From assembly GCA_951406725.2 (NCBI GenBank), contig OX597815.1:37758001-37822000 (forward strand): 64,000 nt of DNA, in the 5' to 3' direction. The notes under the pieces were generated by a model that was not told the origin of the DNA, did no database searches, and was given only the letters and a program-made list of their open reading frames with translations. This document shows, piece after piece, positions 25,903 through 38,840 of this stretch; position 1 is the stretch's first letter; every line of letters begins with the position of its first letter. Position numbers and translations under genes: made by a program. Source of the DNA: Octopus vulgaris (taxonomy: Eukaryota).

Positions 25903-27201
25903 TTAGGTCGTCAAGTATGAAATTTGTAGAAAAGAAAAAAGTTTGCTAATGTCTTATAAATAAATACAAGGGATAGTTTTATTCATCAAAGTATGCACCC
26001 ATATTGTCAATATAATATTTCCATTTCAGCGGTAGCTTGTCCAGCCCGGAACAGTAAAAGCCTGGCTATCTAGAGTCAATAAAATCTTGGAAGGCCTGTT
26101 TTCAGCATCGTCGGAATTAAAATTTTTTTCCTATCAAAAGGTTATCCAAATTCTGGAAGAAGTGGTAATCAGTGAGGACAAGATCAGGTGAATATGGTGT
26201 ATGATGGAGAACTTCCAGCTCCAACTCCAACTCTCGTAGTTTCGCCAATGTCATTTTTTGACTTGTGGCCTGGCGTTGTCTTGCAATAAAATAGGAGTGG
26301 AGTGGATCTGTTACTTAATCTAGGCTGTTGTTTTGTAAATTTCTGCATCATTTGGTCCAGTTGGCTGCAGTATAGTCAGGCCGTGATTGATGAGCCAGGT
26401 TTAATGAAATCATAATGGATCACACCTGCGCGAGACCACCAAACACGCACCATCAGTTTCTTTTGAGGAATTTTGCTTTTTGGACTGCGTTTTGGTGGCT
26501 CGTCTTTGTTCGAACATTGTGCTGAACGTTTACGGTTGTTGTATGGGATCCATTTCTCATCACATGTTATAATTTGATTAAAAAATGATTCATTTTTGTA
26601 GCGAGAAATTAGCATTATGCAGGCTTCCTAACTTTGCAGTTTCCGATTTTCATTGAGTTCATGTGGAAACCACTTACCCAAATTTTCACTTTACCGATTT
26701 GAACTAGATGAGTCAATATTGTCTTCTTGCTAACTCCAAACAACAACAATTATTCACGGGCACTTTGAGATGGATCTCACTCGACGGTGGCTTTCAGTTC
26801 GTCATTATCCACATTTGTTTCTTGTCAACTGCGTCGCTCATTTGCGAAGTAAAAGTTACTAGAACGAAATTTTGAAAACCAAATCTGATATTGTCTGCTG
26901 TGTAATAGCATTAGAATAAAATACTCCATTAATATTCCGAGCTGTCTGTGATGCTGTATTTCCAAGAAAGAACTCATACTTCAAAACTGTACGAATCTCC
27001 GACTTATTCATCTCTAAACAAAAATAGCAAAAAACGATTTATGAATACTTTATAAAGTTCAAAATTAGTTAGAATAAAGAAATAGTTGTGTCAGCTTTCT
27101 AACAAAAAATAAAGGTTGTCAAAACATAACAACGGCGCAAAATGACCAGCTGTCAAAGTTTACCATATATCTTACTACAAATTTCATACTTGACGACCTA
27201 A
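25903..27201 (-). mobile_element. Full-length decayed mariner (~1.3 kb)
   Basis: Matching TIRs TTAGGTCGTCAAGTATGAAATTTGTAG at both ends; MNKSEIRTVLKYEF, IITCDEKWIPYNN, LQDNARP, PYSPDL..TDYHFF. Confidence 0.95.
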
Positions 27202-27509
27202 TACAAAGCTGTAAAATTTCATTCAAGTATTTGTTACATCTATGTTACTGATGAGCTGAATTTATTGATCCAAATTTCGTTTATGTCTTTGTTACATTCA
27301 TAACAGCTGAATCGTGGCCTTTGAACTGTTTTAAATAATTATGATCATCCTTTACAGAATATATTTCTATTATTGTACTATTGTTCTGATCCTAATTTTA
27401 TTGGTCATCTGTTATAAAGATAAAGTCGACACAGGACGACTCTCAAATCAGAATCACTTTAAAATTAAATAATTTCTAACATTGGCTCAAGTCTACATGT
27501 CTGTGCGCA

Positions 27510-27538
27510 AGAGAGAGAGGGGGGGAGAGGGAGAGAGA

Positions 27539-27576
<38 letters not shown>
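27510..27576. repeat. (GA)n microsatellite
   Basis: Direct reading. Confidence 0.95.
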
Positions 27577-27579
<3 letters not shown>

Positions 27580-28759
27580 AAACAGATCAAATACAGGAGT
27601 GATACTTATATCGAATCACTGAAATAACAAAGCAAAGCATGCTTAACAGATTTTAATTGCCGTGTAGAGATGGCCCTAAATATTGTAAGATACTTATTTC
27701 CGTTCTTTGCTATTCTATATAATTAACCTTCTCTAAATGCTACTATTATTGTAGCAACAATGAAATTTTAGTTTTAATTTTTCTTAAATTTGAAAGTTCT
27801 TCATATTTAAACATATTAAATGAAATTATAAAGAAATAAACCAAAATTATGCACGAACTCAACTCAAACTTTACATAAATGTCTGACTTTCAAAGATTTT
27901 GCAAAAGAAAGATATCCAGAAAAACAGGGACGAAGAAATTATGTTCTATATTTACTTAGATACTATGAAACGTTTCGAAAGTGAGATGGATGAGATTTAA
28001 GAACCATGCCAAACTTTGCTTCCGTATTCCCATATTTATCAGATTGTCATGACGATTTCTCACCTTATGTAAAAAGTAGTCTTTTGTGAAACATTTCTTG
28101 CATAATATAAATTGTCTAACATTAATTTAACGTTACTGTCCCTAAATTCAACAATAACGTGAGAAATGTAGGCATAGCAGTAAGAATAACGACTGGTAAG
28201 ATTTTTTTAGTCTAAATGAGATTTCCCTACTCGAATTCCTAAGTTTACAATTTTGATCATGAAATGTATTTTCAGTTGGAAATTTCCTCAGTTTAAGAAT
28301 TATGCTGCTGAAGAAAAACATGTTTACTATTCAGAGAGTGCATACATTTGTAAATCAAAGGAAATTGTACTGAAATAACTTTCAGAAAACATATATAGAA
28401 ATATTCTTCGCAACTATAAGAGATTGAAAATGCACAGGAGTAAATTATATAGAAGTTAGTAAAAGGTAATAAAATCCAGAATAACACAAATATGTATAAC
28501 GTGCGCAAGTCAACAGTTATTTAAATTATGCGTGTATGTGTGAGTGTGCGTGCGTGGGCGTGCATGTGTGTGTATGTCTATAAACGCATATACTTACATA
28601 AGACATGCGTTTATGTATATTTACATAACCATTTTTGATTATATATAAGCATGTAAGCATTTATGTATGTATATATATATCTATATATAAATTTCTGTAT
28701 GTTCTTCTGAATTTCGTCAAAATTACAAATATACAAATCGGGCTAAAACAGTGCCAGCT

Positions 28760-28813
<54 letters not shown>

Positions 28814-28849
28814 ATATATACAAGAGAACAAAGTGTACGTACGCCGCTA

Positions 28850-29164
28850 TATATATAAAATACAAAATGGGACAAGAACGCAAAACACCCGGACAACTAG
28901 GCGATACAAAAAGGAGAACAAAACATCTAGATAGACCATACAAAAAAACCAGGACGGGTCATTCGATGTTTTCTATCTTCAGTCAACAACCTCAGCCGAA
29001 ATTGCAAGGATACTTTTTTTTTTTTTGACTGAAGATAGAAAACTTCGAATGACCCGTACTTGTTTTCTTTGTATCGTCAATCTGGATGTTTTGTTGTCCC
29101 TTTTGACATCGCCTAGTTGTCCGGATGTTTTGCGTTCTTGTCCCATTTTGTATTATATATATAT
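28850..29164. mobile_element. Palindromic insert (Penelope-type inverted terminal repeats)
   Basis: Arms ~28850-28986 and ~29024-29164 are reverse complements; ~37-nt spacer; TA-rich flanks. Confidence 0.8.
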
Positions 29165-29171
29165 AGGTGTA

Positions 29172-30128
29172 CCGTAACTCCTCGAGTATAATCCGCATTT
29201 TCCCCCAAAGTTTAAAGGTCAAATTGCCTAGTACGTACTATATATGAGGTAAAAAATGAAAAAGTGTTTTCTAAGCAATATCCGAGTTTCTATTTGCTGT
29301 CCGGTAATGTTTATTCAGATGCATTTTGTGATGTCGGGCGCGAAAATACCTTAAGCTAAGCCTGAAAGCAATGAAGTCATAAAAGAATCATCCATAACTT
29401 GCAGTAAGCAACATTTATTAAAATAAGTGTTCAGAACACAGAATAACATGCAACAAAAACAATTTGCAAACATATTTACATTCCCATAATAACAGTTAAG
29501 AACATCACCATTATTGTATCACGCATGCGTGGAAGTGTTTGTTCGACTAGGTACTGCTGGATTAATTACGCACGAATTGTGCTTAATAGCTTAGCGCTAA
29601 ATAGTTCATCCTGCAGTTTGTATTGGCAGTCTGCATCATTACCGTGGCAAACAATGCATAATTAAATACCCGTATTAAATGTTTGAACTACTGTGGGTCT
29701 TTACTAGGGTTTTTTTTAATAAGCGGGACTTAAACCTGTACATTAATCGCCAATAAAACATTTTATACAATACATGCCCATAAAATGCCTCGTAGATCTT
29801 ATTCAGCTATGTTTAAACTTTACGTTATATCATATGCTGAAGAGCATAGTAATAGGGCCGCCGGAAGAACATTTGATGTTGACAAAAGAAATGTTAGGTT
29901 ACGATGAAAAAATAAAGATGAAATTAAACAGATACCAAAAATAAAGAAGGCAATAAAGGACGTTGCCGTATACATTTTTACAAACCAAGGACCTTATATA
30001 GACCTCCTTGACTCAAGTTAGAGAAGAGGTGCGTATTATACACAAGGTTTAGGTTTTTCAGAGGTACAGCCCCCTAAAAATCCCCTGCGTATTAAACTCA
30101 ACGGCGGATTATACTCGAGGATTTACGG
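29172..30128 (+). mobile_element. pogo/Tigger-like non-autonomous transposon
   Basis: TIRs CCGTAACTCCTCGAGTATAATCCGC / GCGGATTATACTCGAGGATTTACGG, TA duplication; residual N-terminus MPRRSYSAMFKL..YAEEHSNRAAGRTFDVD (Brinker-type DNA-binding domain). Confidence 0.9.
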
Positions 30129-30249
30129 TATATGAACTTATACGCACACCTGCACACACACAAACACACACACACACACACGCGCGCATACACACACCAC
30201 ACACACTCACGCACACACACACATTCAAGCATATGCATATATATAACAT

Positions 30250-30653
30250 CAATTTCTTACACGAATCCAGACGCCCATGAATATTGGCAAAAGGGGTCTT
30301 GTTTCTTAAGGACAATGCCCCAGCACACAAGTCGTTACTTCCAATGGTTACTGAGCATGACCGTAGCTTTCCACTGGTTGATCCTCCTCCCTATTACCCT
30401 GATTTGGCTCCATCTCACTATCATCTGTTCTTTCAACATGAAAAAACGCTTGGATCCGAACCAGTATCGCAGTGATGATGTTGATGATGTCATATCTGCA
30501 TTTGATGAATTTTTTGACCAAAAGGATGAAAGCTTCTTCGCCAATGGGGCCCAAGTCCTGCAAGACTGATGGAAGAAACGTGATAAACCTCATTTGGTCA
30601 CACTCCATTAGAGTATCTTGCTCAGCCTCTGAACTTTTCAGCCTATTGTCGTA
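30250..30653 (+). mobile_element. Mariner 3' fragment
   Basis: GVLFLKDNAPAHKS, PPYYPDLAPSHYHLF; TIR-like GAACTTTTCAGCC...CGTA. Confidence 0.88.
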
Positions 30654-30701
30654 TGTCTATACACATACCTACATGCACACTCTCACACACACACACACAC
30701 T

Positions 30702-30741
<40 letters not shown>

Positions 30742-30785
30742 CATACACACACATCACCGTCTTCCCTTCTATGGAATTTTTCCAT

Positions 30786-30820
30786 ATTTCTGATGAAGAG
30801 CTCCGCTCGAAACGTGAAAT
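30786..30820 (+). ncRNA. Minimal hammerhead motif (PLE type), probably inactive
   Basis: ATTT-CTGATGAA-GAGC-TCC-GCTC-GAAA-CGTG-AAAT; the cleavage-site base is G. Confidence 0.65.
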
Positions 30821-31035
30821 CCTCTTTCTTTTCTTTCTTTTACAATAACAATGTACTTATTCCTATAATACAAATATGTACAACGTGCGCAAGTCTAGAG
30901 TTATTTAAGTTATGCGTGTGTATGTGTGAGTGTCCAATAACACTGTACTTATTCCACATCCTCGCGTTGTTGTCTTTTCTTGCTTGTTCATGATTGGATA
31001 GACTTATATTTATACATTCATATGTATACATATAT

Positions 31036-31912
31036 ACAGCGTATTTGGACGAAAATTGACCCTGTCTATGAAAAAAAAAATAAAGCATCACATTGAAATA
31101 AATAAATCAATCAATAATATTTTTTTAAAAATCAAACGATAACTAGATTACCGCTAAGAGATAACAGCTTTCTCAAATTAGCCACCTTCAGCTTTCACCA
31201 CGACCTCAAAGCGACTCCGGAACCTGACACATGCGTCTGATGACTGTGTCCCTGGGAAGATCATCAACCATCTCCTAGATCTCGGCCACCAGCTCGGCCT
31301 TGGTGTTGCAGGCAAGGCAGTTGGTATCTATCTCAACCACGCCTCACACAGTAATCCTTGGGATTACAATTGTGAGAGGTAGGTCAGAAATTTTGGCTGG
31401 CGAAGTCGTAGAAATTCTTCTAAAAACACTTCTGATTTTCCGAAGGTATGTCAAGGTGCCGAATACAGCTACTTTGTATGTGGCATTCCAGCTGCAACCC
31501 TTTCCAGCCAGGGATTGATGTCAGTCTCCAGCAACTTTGCATAGCCGCCTGATTTGAACCGAAGGCTCTGTTCTAAGTTGTGAGATTGGACTCTGACCTT
31601 GCGTCACTTCCTGCGGGCCATGACATTGTTGACTCCGTTGTAGCTGTCCATGTTACATATTACAAACTTTACAGGGTTCACTGAGCATTGAACAGCAGCC
31701 ATGATGTCGACAATATGGTAACCTGCGCGAATCCTCATGATACAGGTAAATAGCATCATATATTCAGATGGCTTCCAGTCCTACATGGCGGCTTACTTTT
31801 TCTCAACTACAAGTTTTATGCTCTTCAACGTCGTTCACTTTTCACAAATACATCTAATTTGTTCCCTTAAAAACATGACTTAACATATCGACAAATTTAG
31901 TCCAAGCACTTT
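31036..31912 (-). mobile_element. Internally deleted maT/DD37D-like transposon
   Basis: Degenerate TIRs (TACAGCGTATTTGGACGAAAATTGAC / GACAAATTTAGTCCAAGCACTTTGTA); minus NFYDFASQNF...NCNPKDYC.*GVVE; homologous to 23035-24058. Confidence 0.8.
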
Positions 31913-32227
31913 GTATGTATGTATGTATGTATGTATGTATGTATGTATGTATGTATGTATGTATGTATGTAGTATGTACGTACGTATGTATGTTTGTATG
32001 TATGTATATATATGTACGTACGCATGTATGTATGTTTGTATGTATGATGTATGTATATATATATGTATATATATTAGAAGGTTTGGAGATGATGTACAGG
32101 TATTATATATTAGAAGAAATAAGGTACTCAGAAATATGGATGGTTTTATATTCACAGATATTTATTAATGTCACATGTTTTTATAGATCATAAAATTAGT
32201 GCTTGCGTCCACTCTAGTGAAGTCTTC

Positions 32228-32292
<65 letters not shown>

Positions 32293-32316
32293 ACATATAG
32301 ATAGATAGATAAATAG

Positions 32317-32350
<34 letters not shown>
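31911..32350. repeat. (TATG)n, (TA)n, (GATA)n, (GA)n microsatellites
   Basis: Direct reading. Confidence 0.9.
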
Positions 32351-32353
<3 letters not shown>

Positions 32354-32634
32354 AATATATAAGAGAGAGACGGAAAGTGAAAGAGGAAGAGAGAGCGAAA
32401 AATAGAAAGAGATATATAATGGGATGACGTTTCGTGTAACTCTTGACAGATACTTTATTTGTCTTATTGCATTCAAGGCAGCCTTTTCATCTGTTGAAAT
32501 TACATCTTAAATACAGTTTGAACAATACTTTATATATAGAGCCTACACGTAGTATTCTTATTTTTTTTTATTTTTTTTTTTTGTTTTTCCAGTTTCAGCT
32601 CTTGAGCTGTGGCCATGCTGGGGCACCGCCATTG

Positions 32635-32794
32635 TGGTGAAAGAGTACAGCAGGGATCACCACCCCCTGCCGGAGCCTCGTAGAGCTTTTAGGTGTTTTC
32701 GCTCAATAAACACACACAACGCCCGGTCTGAGAATCGAAACCGCGATCCTGCGACCGCGAGTCCGCTGCCCTAACCACTAGGCCATTGCGCCTC
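32635..32794 (-). mobile_element. tRNA-derived SINE (family D)
   Basis: Minus GAGGCGCAATGGCCTAGTGGTTAGGGCAGCGGACTCGCGGTC...GGTTTCGATTC: tRNA-like head followed by a non-tRNA body. Confidence 0.85.
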
Positions 32795-33449
32795 TTATGT
32801 AAACATAATCTTCCTATTAAGATTATCATAATTTAAAATACAAAATTGATGAGAGAAAGTGGTCAGGAAAGCGGAGCTTCTGACATATTCTGCATACTGA
32901 ATGTGTTAGTTTGAAAAATGTCAACAGAAATTAATTACAGCGTGTTCTCATATTACAGACAGCATGAGATCGTATATGTATTTCAGCTTACTCAATTTTG
33001 TTATGAAGATTATTTACTGCTAACATCCACGTTAATGGTGTTAAAATGTTCACATTATATAACATGAATAACAATGAGATTTAATATCATTTGTGTATAT
33101 AGCTTAAGGACAGTTTTCAAATACTTCTTAACACAATTCTGAAAGAGCATCTACTCTATTTCTGTTTAGTTTACAGACTTAATTTTCTCATGAAGAATCT
33201 CCAGTTTCTCTAATTCAGCTTATGTCTATTTCGAGCATCAATGTATAGCAGTTAGAAAATATATTTAAGAAGGCAGTTACAGAGCTTCAATCCTAGATAA
33301 TAAAGACTATAAGTTGATTCGACAGGAAGCTGCTATATAAAGCAGTAATTAATGGTGAGTGACATGAATATGAGAGAAAACAGCTACAAGCTAACATCAA
33401 ACATGAATTTTGGTCTATAAAGAATTACTTCATTAGTATTAGATGCAGT

Positions 33450-33660
33450 TAAGGCTTAGAATTGACAGAATCGTTACCACGCCTGGAAAAATGTTTGGTG
33501 GCATTGTATCCATATTTATCCAAATCCCGCCCGGGGTTCACTTTGCCTTTCATCCTTTCGGGGTCGATAAAATAAGTATCAGTTGACCACTGGGGTCGTT
33601 GTAATCGACTTATACCCACTCATGAAATAGCTGGACTTGTGTCAAAATTTAAAATCTGTA
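33450..33660 (+). mobile_element. SINE family B
   Basis: CTTTGCCTTTCATCCTTTCGGGGTCGATAAAATAAGTA; flanking direct repeat TAGATGCAG (33440 and 33662). Confidence 0.85.
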
Positions 33661-33879
33661 CTAGATGCAGGTTATATTGTCTTTGTATGAAATATACTAA
33701 TAGTTGTTACTATTTAGTCATCAGTCAATCTTATTTGTAGAGACCAACGATCAAAGCTGTTCTAGTCGTTTTCTCAGAAATAGCATATTCGACGCTGTAT
33801 TCATTTTTAAAGACAGAAGGGTATGAGTTCAGGGAGATTTGCAGACAGTTTACTAGTTTCAGCGATCTCTTCGTGATTT

Positions 33880-34355
33880 CGTACTTGATCCATGGAATCT
33901 TTTCACTTTCATCGACAGATCGAGAAATTAATTTTTTGTAACTAATCACTTTCAAACTTCGGACCACTGGTAGAATGTGTCATATAAAACATCTTTTACT
34001 CTTAGCGTTTTTAAGAAAACCTTATATTTCGGAAGCTATTTCATGCTAGAGATGTCGTATTTCGGTAATTTCAACCAATAAATTACGTGTATTCAGCTGA
34101 ATAAGATTACTGCTGTTGTTTGTCAACAACAACTATCGGCGATGTATGTTTCGTTTGTCACTGTTATTTATGACCTTGTTCGTGCGTTTGCACTGGTTTT
34201 AGCTTTAGGGTTTTAGGGTTAGCGTTAGGGTTTTAGGGTTAGGGTTAGAATTTTAGGGTTAGATTCCTGATGTGAAATCGTGTGTTGAAACAGATATTGT
34301 TGTATTTCGGGATGGCCATTTTATTTATTTATTTTTTTGTCCAAATAATCATCCG

Positions 34356-34360
<5 letters not shown>
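33880..34360. mobile_element. Non-coding DNA-transposon-like element with internal telomere-like repeats
   Basis: TTAGGG/TTTTAGGG array at ~34204-34262; ends CCGGAC then (TA)n; related pieces at 36655-36795 and ~8315. Left boundary uncertain. Confidence 0.6.
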
Positions 34361-34402
<42 letters not shown>

Positions 34403-34405
<3 letters not shown>

Positions 34406-35950
34406 CTTGTCTGAAGATATTATGCAAATCGGTTTTTCGTAATAAAATGAATGTACATGTACATAGGAAGCTGAAATTTTAGGATGCTTGTACAAATGCT
34501 CTTTCTTACTTGACATACTTCTGATCTGTTTCTCGTGATTAATTGGGAATTTACTGAAATTGGCTGCGTGTAGTTATTATGCAAATGCTGGAATTTATAT
34601 TTTTGCAGTGTTAATAATACGTTTTTATTATTTTGCATAATACAATCATAAGTAAAAAAAATAAAGGTATTACAGCGTCTGAAAAGCAGAAAATTACTAA
34701 GCTTTTAAGTGATGGCAACTCCTCTTTAAACATTTCGAAGCAGCTTGGCCGAATTCATCGAAAAATCAAGAAAGCAATTGAAGATATAACAAACAATAGG
34801 AAACCAAGGTCTGGAGAGGAGTTCAAGAACTTGTCTACGAGAGATAAACGTCAGCCTAAACGCATTGTCACTAAAAACCCACTACTCAGTAGTGATAAGG
34901 TATTTAATATGGCTGGCATTGTTGGAGTAATGAGAGACAAAAGGTGTAGAGTCCTTCCCGACATTGGCTCTGTGAAAGAAATCTCCTCGCCAGTCACCTA
35001 TATCTCCAACTAATATTGATAAATATCTAAATTGGCTAAGAACTTACTTAAAAACAGGTTTCAGAAACGTCATATTCACTGACGAATCGCGAGTCACATT
35101 GGATGGTCCAGATAGATGGGCAAAAGGATATGTTCTGTCAGGCCAAGACGCTCCAATGATGAGAGAACGGTAATAAGGAGGTGGTGGTGTAATGATATGG
35201 GCTGGTATTGTTAATAGAACCATCACTGGACCATTTAAAGTTGACGAAGGTGTAAAACTCAACAGTACTAATTATTGTGAATTCTTGGATCAAACTTTCC
35301 TTGAATGGTACAAACGTCAGCCTCACAGTTTCAAGATAAAGTGTATGTTTATGCATGACAATGCTCCATCACATACTTTTCGCTTAAATCATGCGTTTCT
35401 TGAGCGCATTTGCTAAAGAGAAACTAATGGAGTGGTCACCGCCAAGCCCTGATTTGGACTCAATAGAAAACCTCTGGTCAGTCGTGAAACAAAAACTCTA
35501 TGAAGGCAAATAGCACAACAGTGAGGTAGAACTGTAGGATGCTATAAAAAGTATTACAGCTGCAGTTTCGCAAGATCAAATTGGAAAACTAACAAATTCG
35601 ATGGACAACAGATTAGTAACGTTGATTGAAAAGAAAGGTCGTTATATCAACAGGTAAATTGTTTTAACCATATATTAGAGTATTGTTTTTTGAATTAGTA
35701 AAAAGTTCATAATGTGTTCATATATATTGTCCTGATACGCAGAGTAAATAACAATTCCAACATTTGCATAACAACTTCAGACAGCCAATTGCAGTAAATT
35801 CATAATTACTCACGAAAAACTGATCAGATGTATGTCAAATTTTAGCCACAAATAAGAAAGAACATTTGTACCAACATCCTATAATTTCAGCTTCCTATGT
35901 ATATTCATTTTATTTAAAGAAAAACGATTTGCATAATATCTTCCGACAAG

Positions 35951-35953
<3 letters not shown>
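34403..35953 (+). mobile_element. Full-length decayed Tc1 (DD34E), IR/DR type
   Basis: TIR ends CACCTTGTCTGAAGATATTATGCAAATCG / CGATTTGCATAATATCTTCCGACAAGGTG; motifs VIFTDESR, GGGVMIWAGI, FMHDNAPSH, WSPPSPDLDSIENLW; inner TTATGCAAAT repeat at ~34577, inverted copy at ~35762. Confidence 0.95.
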
Positions 35954-35988
<35 letters not shown>

Positions 35989-36654
35989 CTTCACTCGTCT
36001 ATTATTTGTCTGATTTATTTTACATCAATTGTCAGGAAATCTTTCGTCACCCACCAGTGACCTCTTCAGTGACACTTCGTTTCCGTGTTTGTTGTTGCTC
36101 CACTTACTCCATTCTGTTCTTCTAAGGTGTGTAATCTTATGTACCCATGCATTTGCGTCCTTGCTTGTGTGTGTACGTGTATATCTGTGTGTATGTGTGT
36201 GTGTGTATGTTTGTGTGTGTGTCATAATGTTTAGCAGCAGTGAGCCTTCTCCTCAACCCCATCCTCACTCCCCATTGTGCTGCTGCTGTCCTAAGACCCG
36301 AGAAAAAAGGTACAGTTCCTGGATTCCTCTGTGTATGTGTGTTCGCCCACTGTGTTGCCATCGTGGTAGTTGTTGTTATTGCCATCGCCGCTACTGCTGA
36401 ATGAGTTAGGTGTGTTGTTGACATCCTTATGGCCGTCCATGAAATAGCATGTGCGTGTGTGTATGGGTTCGCTTCGTATGTATTCATGCCCTTTATATAG
36501 TTTTATTTATTTATTTTATCTATAGTTGTCCTACATTTATCATAGGTATGTGGCAGATATATTTATATATTTATTAATTTATCTCTATATATTTACTTTT
36601 GTTATACTCCTATCTCTATTTCTCATATGCACATCTATCTCTATTTACATCTAT

Positions 36655-36795
36655 TCTCATATTTGGCCAAAAATATAAAAATAAAAAAATAAATAAATAG
36701 AAAATAAATAGATAAAATGACCATCCCGAAATGCAACAATATATATGTATATATTTCATTGTGTTCCGAATTTCAATATGTATTGGCCGGACTAT
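36655..36795. mobile_element. Short relative of the 33880-34360 element, opposite orientation
   Basis: AAAATGACCATCCCGAAATGCAACAATAT is near the reverse complement of 34294-34322; also ends CCGGAC then (TA)n. Confidence 0.65.
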
Positions 36796-37199
36796 ATATA
36801 TATATATATATATGTGTGTGTATGTATTGATATATGAATTAGCCAATTTGTTACATTTTCATATGTTAATGTTCATTATATCTTAATGCTAATACTTTAG
36901 TTATCGATGTAGAGTTCGCAAGTGTCTTACGTTATCTAAGTATCAAGAAATAACCTTCGTCGTCACTTTCTTTGCTAGAAAAAGTAATTCATTCTCAGAT
37001 AAATAATGTACTTACTACTGTGAAGCTGCCAATATGGGACAATAGACGGGGCCGCCATATCGTCAGTGCATTTGATCTTATGCCTCTCTATCCAGCTTGA
37101 TCTACAGCTAAATAGCGAGACCAACATAAATAAAAATAAGTACAAATTGAAGCAGCACAAGAATTCTCCGAAAGCCATGCTTTTACGCCTTTTTAGAAG

Positions 37200-37950
37200 C
37201 ATGAACTAAATTAGAGTGCACCCAGCTTCCTGTTTTTCTGTTATGTAAAAAAAAACCCCAAAAAACCGAAGTAATATTTCATTGACAAAAGCTTTAAGAT
37301 ATACACTATTGGCATTTTCAAGAACCCTCTTGATAGTAAAGTTGCTTGCATTACAGACGGGTTCAACACTCCCTTTTCATCAGCCCTGTTAGCATCATCC
37401 GTAGCCTGTTGAATTACTAAAAGATTTCCTTCACAAATATACTTCTGTATTTACTGAATTTTTCAACTCCTTAGTGTGCGACAAAGATATACTCTCACCT
37501 TATTTTATCAATCATAGACGAGTTCAACCCTGTGTAATTCATAAAACTAGCCTTCCAGAGAACTTTACTTATTTTTAGCAATGCTCTTTGTAGTAAATTA
37601 TGGATATGTATCATATCTGTAGCTAATGGATAAAATTCAAATCTTTAATCGCACAGGAATTGTCTGATAGCAAGGAATGGGGATCCGTCTTATGAGTAAT
37701 TTCAGAACAATCTCAGACACATGAGCAAATATAAGAAACATTGTTATGATATAAGACTGTCTTATCTTTTTAATTCTTGAACTCGAATCAGGGAAGATAA
37801 TATTAAGAATGCAGAACCCAATTTTTTTCTGCAAACTCCTATCAAATATATAATTACAGAAAAAATAAAGAGCGATATGATGAAATATGTAATGGTTGTG
37901 AAATTGCGGGAACGGTAAAATAAATTGCCTAATTTCCAAAAGTAAAGTCG
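37200..37950 (-). mobile_element. Possible decayed hAT-related (hATm-like) transposase
   Basis: Minus fragments AIKDLNFI, RALLKISKVLW and ANRADEKGV occur in the order expected for AP..DL.F / AL.K...HLWY / VND.AERGV; very degenerate. Confidence 0.35.
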
Positions 37951-38027
37951 CCCACAACATTCATTATAAATTTCACTAAATCCATTACAATATTTAGCTC
38001 ATTTCAGTGGACACTTACTTTTGATGG

Positions 38028-38351
38028 TGTGAAGGCGCATGGATAAGTGGTTAGGGAATTATGCTCATCATCATAAGGTCGTGAGTTCAAAACTCGTCAG
38101 CGCGTTGTGTCCTTGAGCAAAACACCTTATTTAACGTTGCTCCAGTCTACTCCGCTGGAAAAATTGCGTAGTACCTGTATTTCAAAGAGCCAGCCTTGTC
38201 CCACACTGTCTCGTTGGTTCTCCCCGAGAACTATGCTAAGGGTATGTGTGTCTGTGGAGTGCCCAGTCTCTTGCTCATCAATTTAACGGACAGACTGCTC
38301 CAGTGATCAGTTCAGCTGGAACACTCGTCGTTGTAACCGACGGAATGCCAG
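38028..38351 (+). mobile_element. SINE family C
   Basis: GTGAAGGCGCATGGATAAGTGGTTAGGG...GTGTCCTTGAGCAA...GTAACCGACGGAATGCC. Confidence 0.88.
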
Positions 38352-38558
38352 TTTTAGACAAAATGGACGATTATGGTAATTCATCGGTCTGATATTGTCA
38401 ACCCGAATCCTAATTGTCGACTATGGTACAAAAGAATCGTGATAAAATGTACTGGAGAGCGTAGCTCATAGTAAGAAACTCACAGATATTGAACAAAATA
38501 TCGAGTTATTGAATTCTTGTCAAGTTTTGAAATTATTTAACTATTTGGATAACTGTGA

Positions 38559-38840
38559 CGGCCTAGTGGTTAGGGCATTCGGCTCACGATTGTAAGTTCG
38601 ATTTCTAGTTCAATTCTCGGTGGCTTGTTGTGCCCAGGAACAAGTTTATTTCACGTTGCTGCAGTTCATTTAGCTGGCAAAAATGAATTATACCTGTATT
38701 TCAAAGGGCCAACCTTAACACATTCTGTATCAAGCTGAATCTCCCTGAAAACTACGTTATGTGTACACGTGTATACAAAGTGTTTCATTAATTGAATCAA
38801 CTAGAACTCTCGTTGTAGTCGCAACCGACAGAGTGGCAGT
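38559..38840 (+). mobile_element. SINE family C
   Basis: GGCCTAGTGGTTAGGGCATTCGGCTCACGAT...GCAACCGACAGAGTG. Confidence 0.85.

Noticed and set aside
32700-32794. tRNA gene candidates (also 22950-23024, 55956-56040, 60222-60290)
   Set aside because: A/B boxes continue into multi-copy SINE bodies, some with target duplications; no clean cloverleaf with a terminator.
34204-34262. True telomere or chromosome fusion scar
   Set aside because: Short, degenerate, single orientation and embedded in an interspersed repeat.
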